Positions 62,501 to 64,000 of a DNA stretch of 64,000 bases are shown in pieces. Numbering within the stretch: the stretch's first letter is position 1; every line of letters starts with the position of its first letter. This DNA comes from an uncultured delta proteobacterium (GTDB taxonomy: Bacteria; Myxococcota; Myxococcia; Myxococcales; Anaeromyxobacteraceae), in assembly GCA_963845515.1 (NCBI GenBank), contig CAWJSR010000028.1, positions 32,001 to 96,000 on the forward strand, given 5' to 3'. The notes under the pieces are model-generated. The model ran no database searches and had not been told where the DNA came from. It saw nothing but the letters and a program-made list of their open reading frames with translations. The translations under genes and the position numbers were made by a program.

Positions 62501-64000
62501 CGTCCGTCTCGGGCTCCTCCTTCACCTTCGAGCTCGCCCTTCCGGAGGGTAGCTCCGACCTCCAGGCGACCGCGGGCGACTATCTCGGCAACGACTCCGC
62601 CCTCTCGGCGGCGGGCGCGGTCGTGGTCATGGTCGATCGCACGCCGCCATCGGCACCGGTCGTCACCTCCTACGCGGCGCCGACGAACGCGGCCCCGGTC
62701 CCCGTGGCCGTGACGGCGGCCGCCGGCTCCATCGTGCGGCTCTTCGTCGACGGCACCGAGCGGACGACGATGACCGAGGGTGCGGCCGGCATCTTCGCGG
62801 CGACGCTCGACCTGCCGCTCGACGGCACCTACGAGCTGAGCGCGACTGCGACGGATGCGGCGGGAAACGCCTCCGAGGCCTCTGCCATCGTGACGCTCGC
62901 GGTCGACCGGGCCGAGCCCGTCGCCCCAGTGATCGACGTCGTGACGACCCCGACCGCGGCGAAGCCGGTGCCGATCCTGGTGACGGCCGACGAGGCAGGC
63001 GTCACGCTCGCGCTCTGGCTCGACGGCGCGGCTACCGCCTCCGCCGGGCCCCTCGCCGGGACGACCCACACCTTCGACCTCGATCTGGACACCGGACCGC
63101 ACCAGGTCTGGGCCTTCGCGACCGACGCCGCGGGGAACGAGAGCCTCGTCTCCAACACCGTCGCGTTCGACGTGGACCTCGACCCGCCTGCCGTTCCGAC
63201 GGTCGAGCCGATCTCCAGCCCGACCAGCCTGCTGCCGGTCCCGGTGGTCGTGACGGCCGAGGCCGGCTCCACCGTCGGCTGCAGGTGAACGGAGACCCGT
63301 CCGCCGCCACGCCGGTCTCGGTCTCGGGCACCACCTTCTCCTTCGAGCTGACGCTCGCCGAAGCGACCTACGCGATCAGCGCGACCGCGGCCGACTCGCT
63401 CGGCAACACCTCGGCGCTCTCCGCCCCCCGGAGCGTGCTGGTGGACAGGACGAAGCCGTCCACCCCGTCCGTCACGGCGGGGATCCCTGCCGTGACCCGG
63501 ATCCCGCTCGTCACGGTGACCGGCACCGCGGAGGCCGGAAGCACCGTGAGCGCCACCGTCTCGGGGACCGGCCTCGCCCCCACGCCCGCCCCAGTGGTCG
63601 CGACCGGCGGTGCCTTCTCGATCGACCTCGACTTCCTCGCCGCCGGCTCACTCGACGGCGACTTCCAGGTGGTGCTGCACGCCACGGACGCCGCCGGCAA
63701 CGTCTCGGATCCCTCGCCCGCGGCGACCGTCAGGCTCGACCGCGACGCGCCGGACGCGCCGGTCGTGCTGTCGAGCGCGAGCAGCGCGAGCCCCGTGGTG
63801 ATCAACGTGACGGCAGAGGAGGGTGCCACCGTGGTGCTCTCGATCGACGGCACCCCGCGCCCGGACATCCTCCCGGCCTCGGTCCTCGGCACCGACTACT
63901 CCTTCCAGGTGGCGCTCGCGACGGGCACGTACCTCGTCGGGGCAGTCGCCACGGACCCGGCCGGCAACGCGAGCGGCCAGTCGGTCGACGTCTCGATCGA
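59539..64000 (+). CDS. Very large secreted Ig-like repeat surface protein, continues past window end; many frameshifts
   Basis: Signal peptide RRSIAGAVLLTALASLIVFAGWGRA; T/A/V/S-rich repeats with TVTGTAEAG, DGxWTF, ATDAAGNxS, VDRTPP across consecutive ORFs 59539-60384, 60321-61295, 61222-61851, 61945-63288 and beyond. Confidence 0.75.

Overview
Very high-GC bacterial DNA. The gene content (multiheme cytochrome, PilZ-REC protein, HEAT lipoprotein, LexA-like box at recA) suggests Myxococcota, Anaeromyxobacter-like; this is inference. Both flanks are mostly housekeeping. The left flank carries TPAT/TRAP transport, corA, ompA/motB, UDG, a histidine kinase, rpe-rsmB-fmt, a multicopper oxidase, glycerate kinase, recA, trx/SQR, yqgE, kup, DUF3943 and a ~20-heme cytochrome. 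The right flank carries ALDH, a kinase, MacAB-TolC, lutC, thpR, glmS, glmU and a giant Ig-repeat surface protein. The centre (~28.3-44.8 kb) is a defence island: WYL regulator, YhcG/DUF1016 nuclease, a truncated probable DGQHR gene, and a type I-G (I-U) CRISPR-Cas system (cas7, csb2, cas3, small cas8-like, an inserted RHH/RelE TA block, cas4-cas1, cas2). The array has 32 complete 36-nt repeats, one truncated repeat and 32 spacers. It is followed by an Nmad3-family gene sandwiched between two truncated CRISPR repeats, and an XRE HTH gene. Two observations stand out. (1) A shared promoter motif GTGACC-N5-TGACRC-N10-TAGNNT lies upstream of both yhcG and cas4-cas1; it resembles PafBC-type WYL activation sites. 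(2) A gene-sized cargo sits inside the array tail. Many single-base frameshifts suggest long-read consensus errors rather than true pseudogenes.
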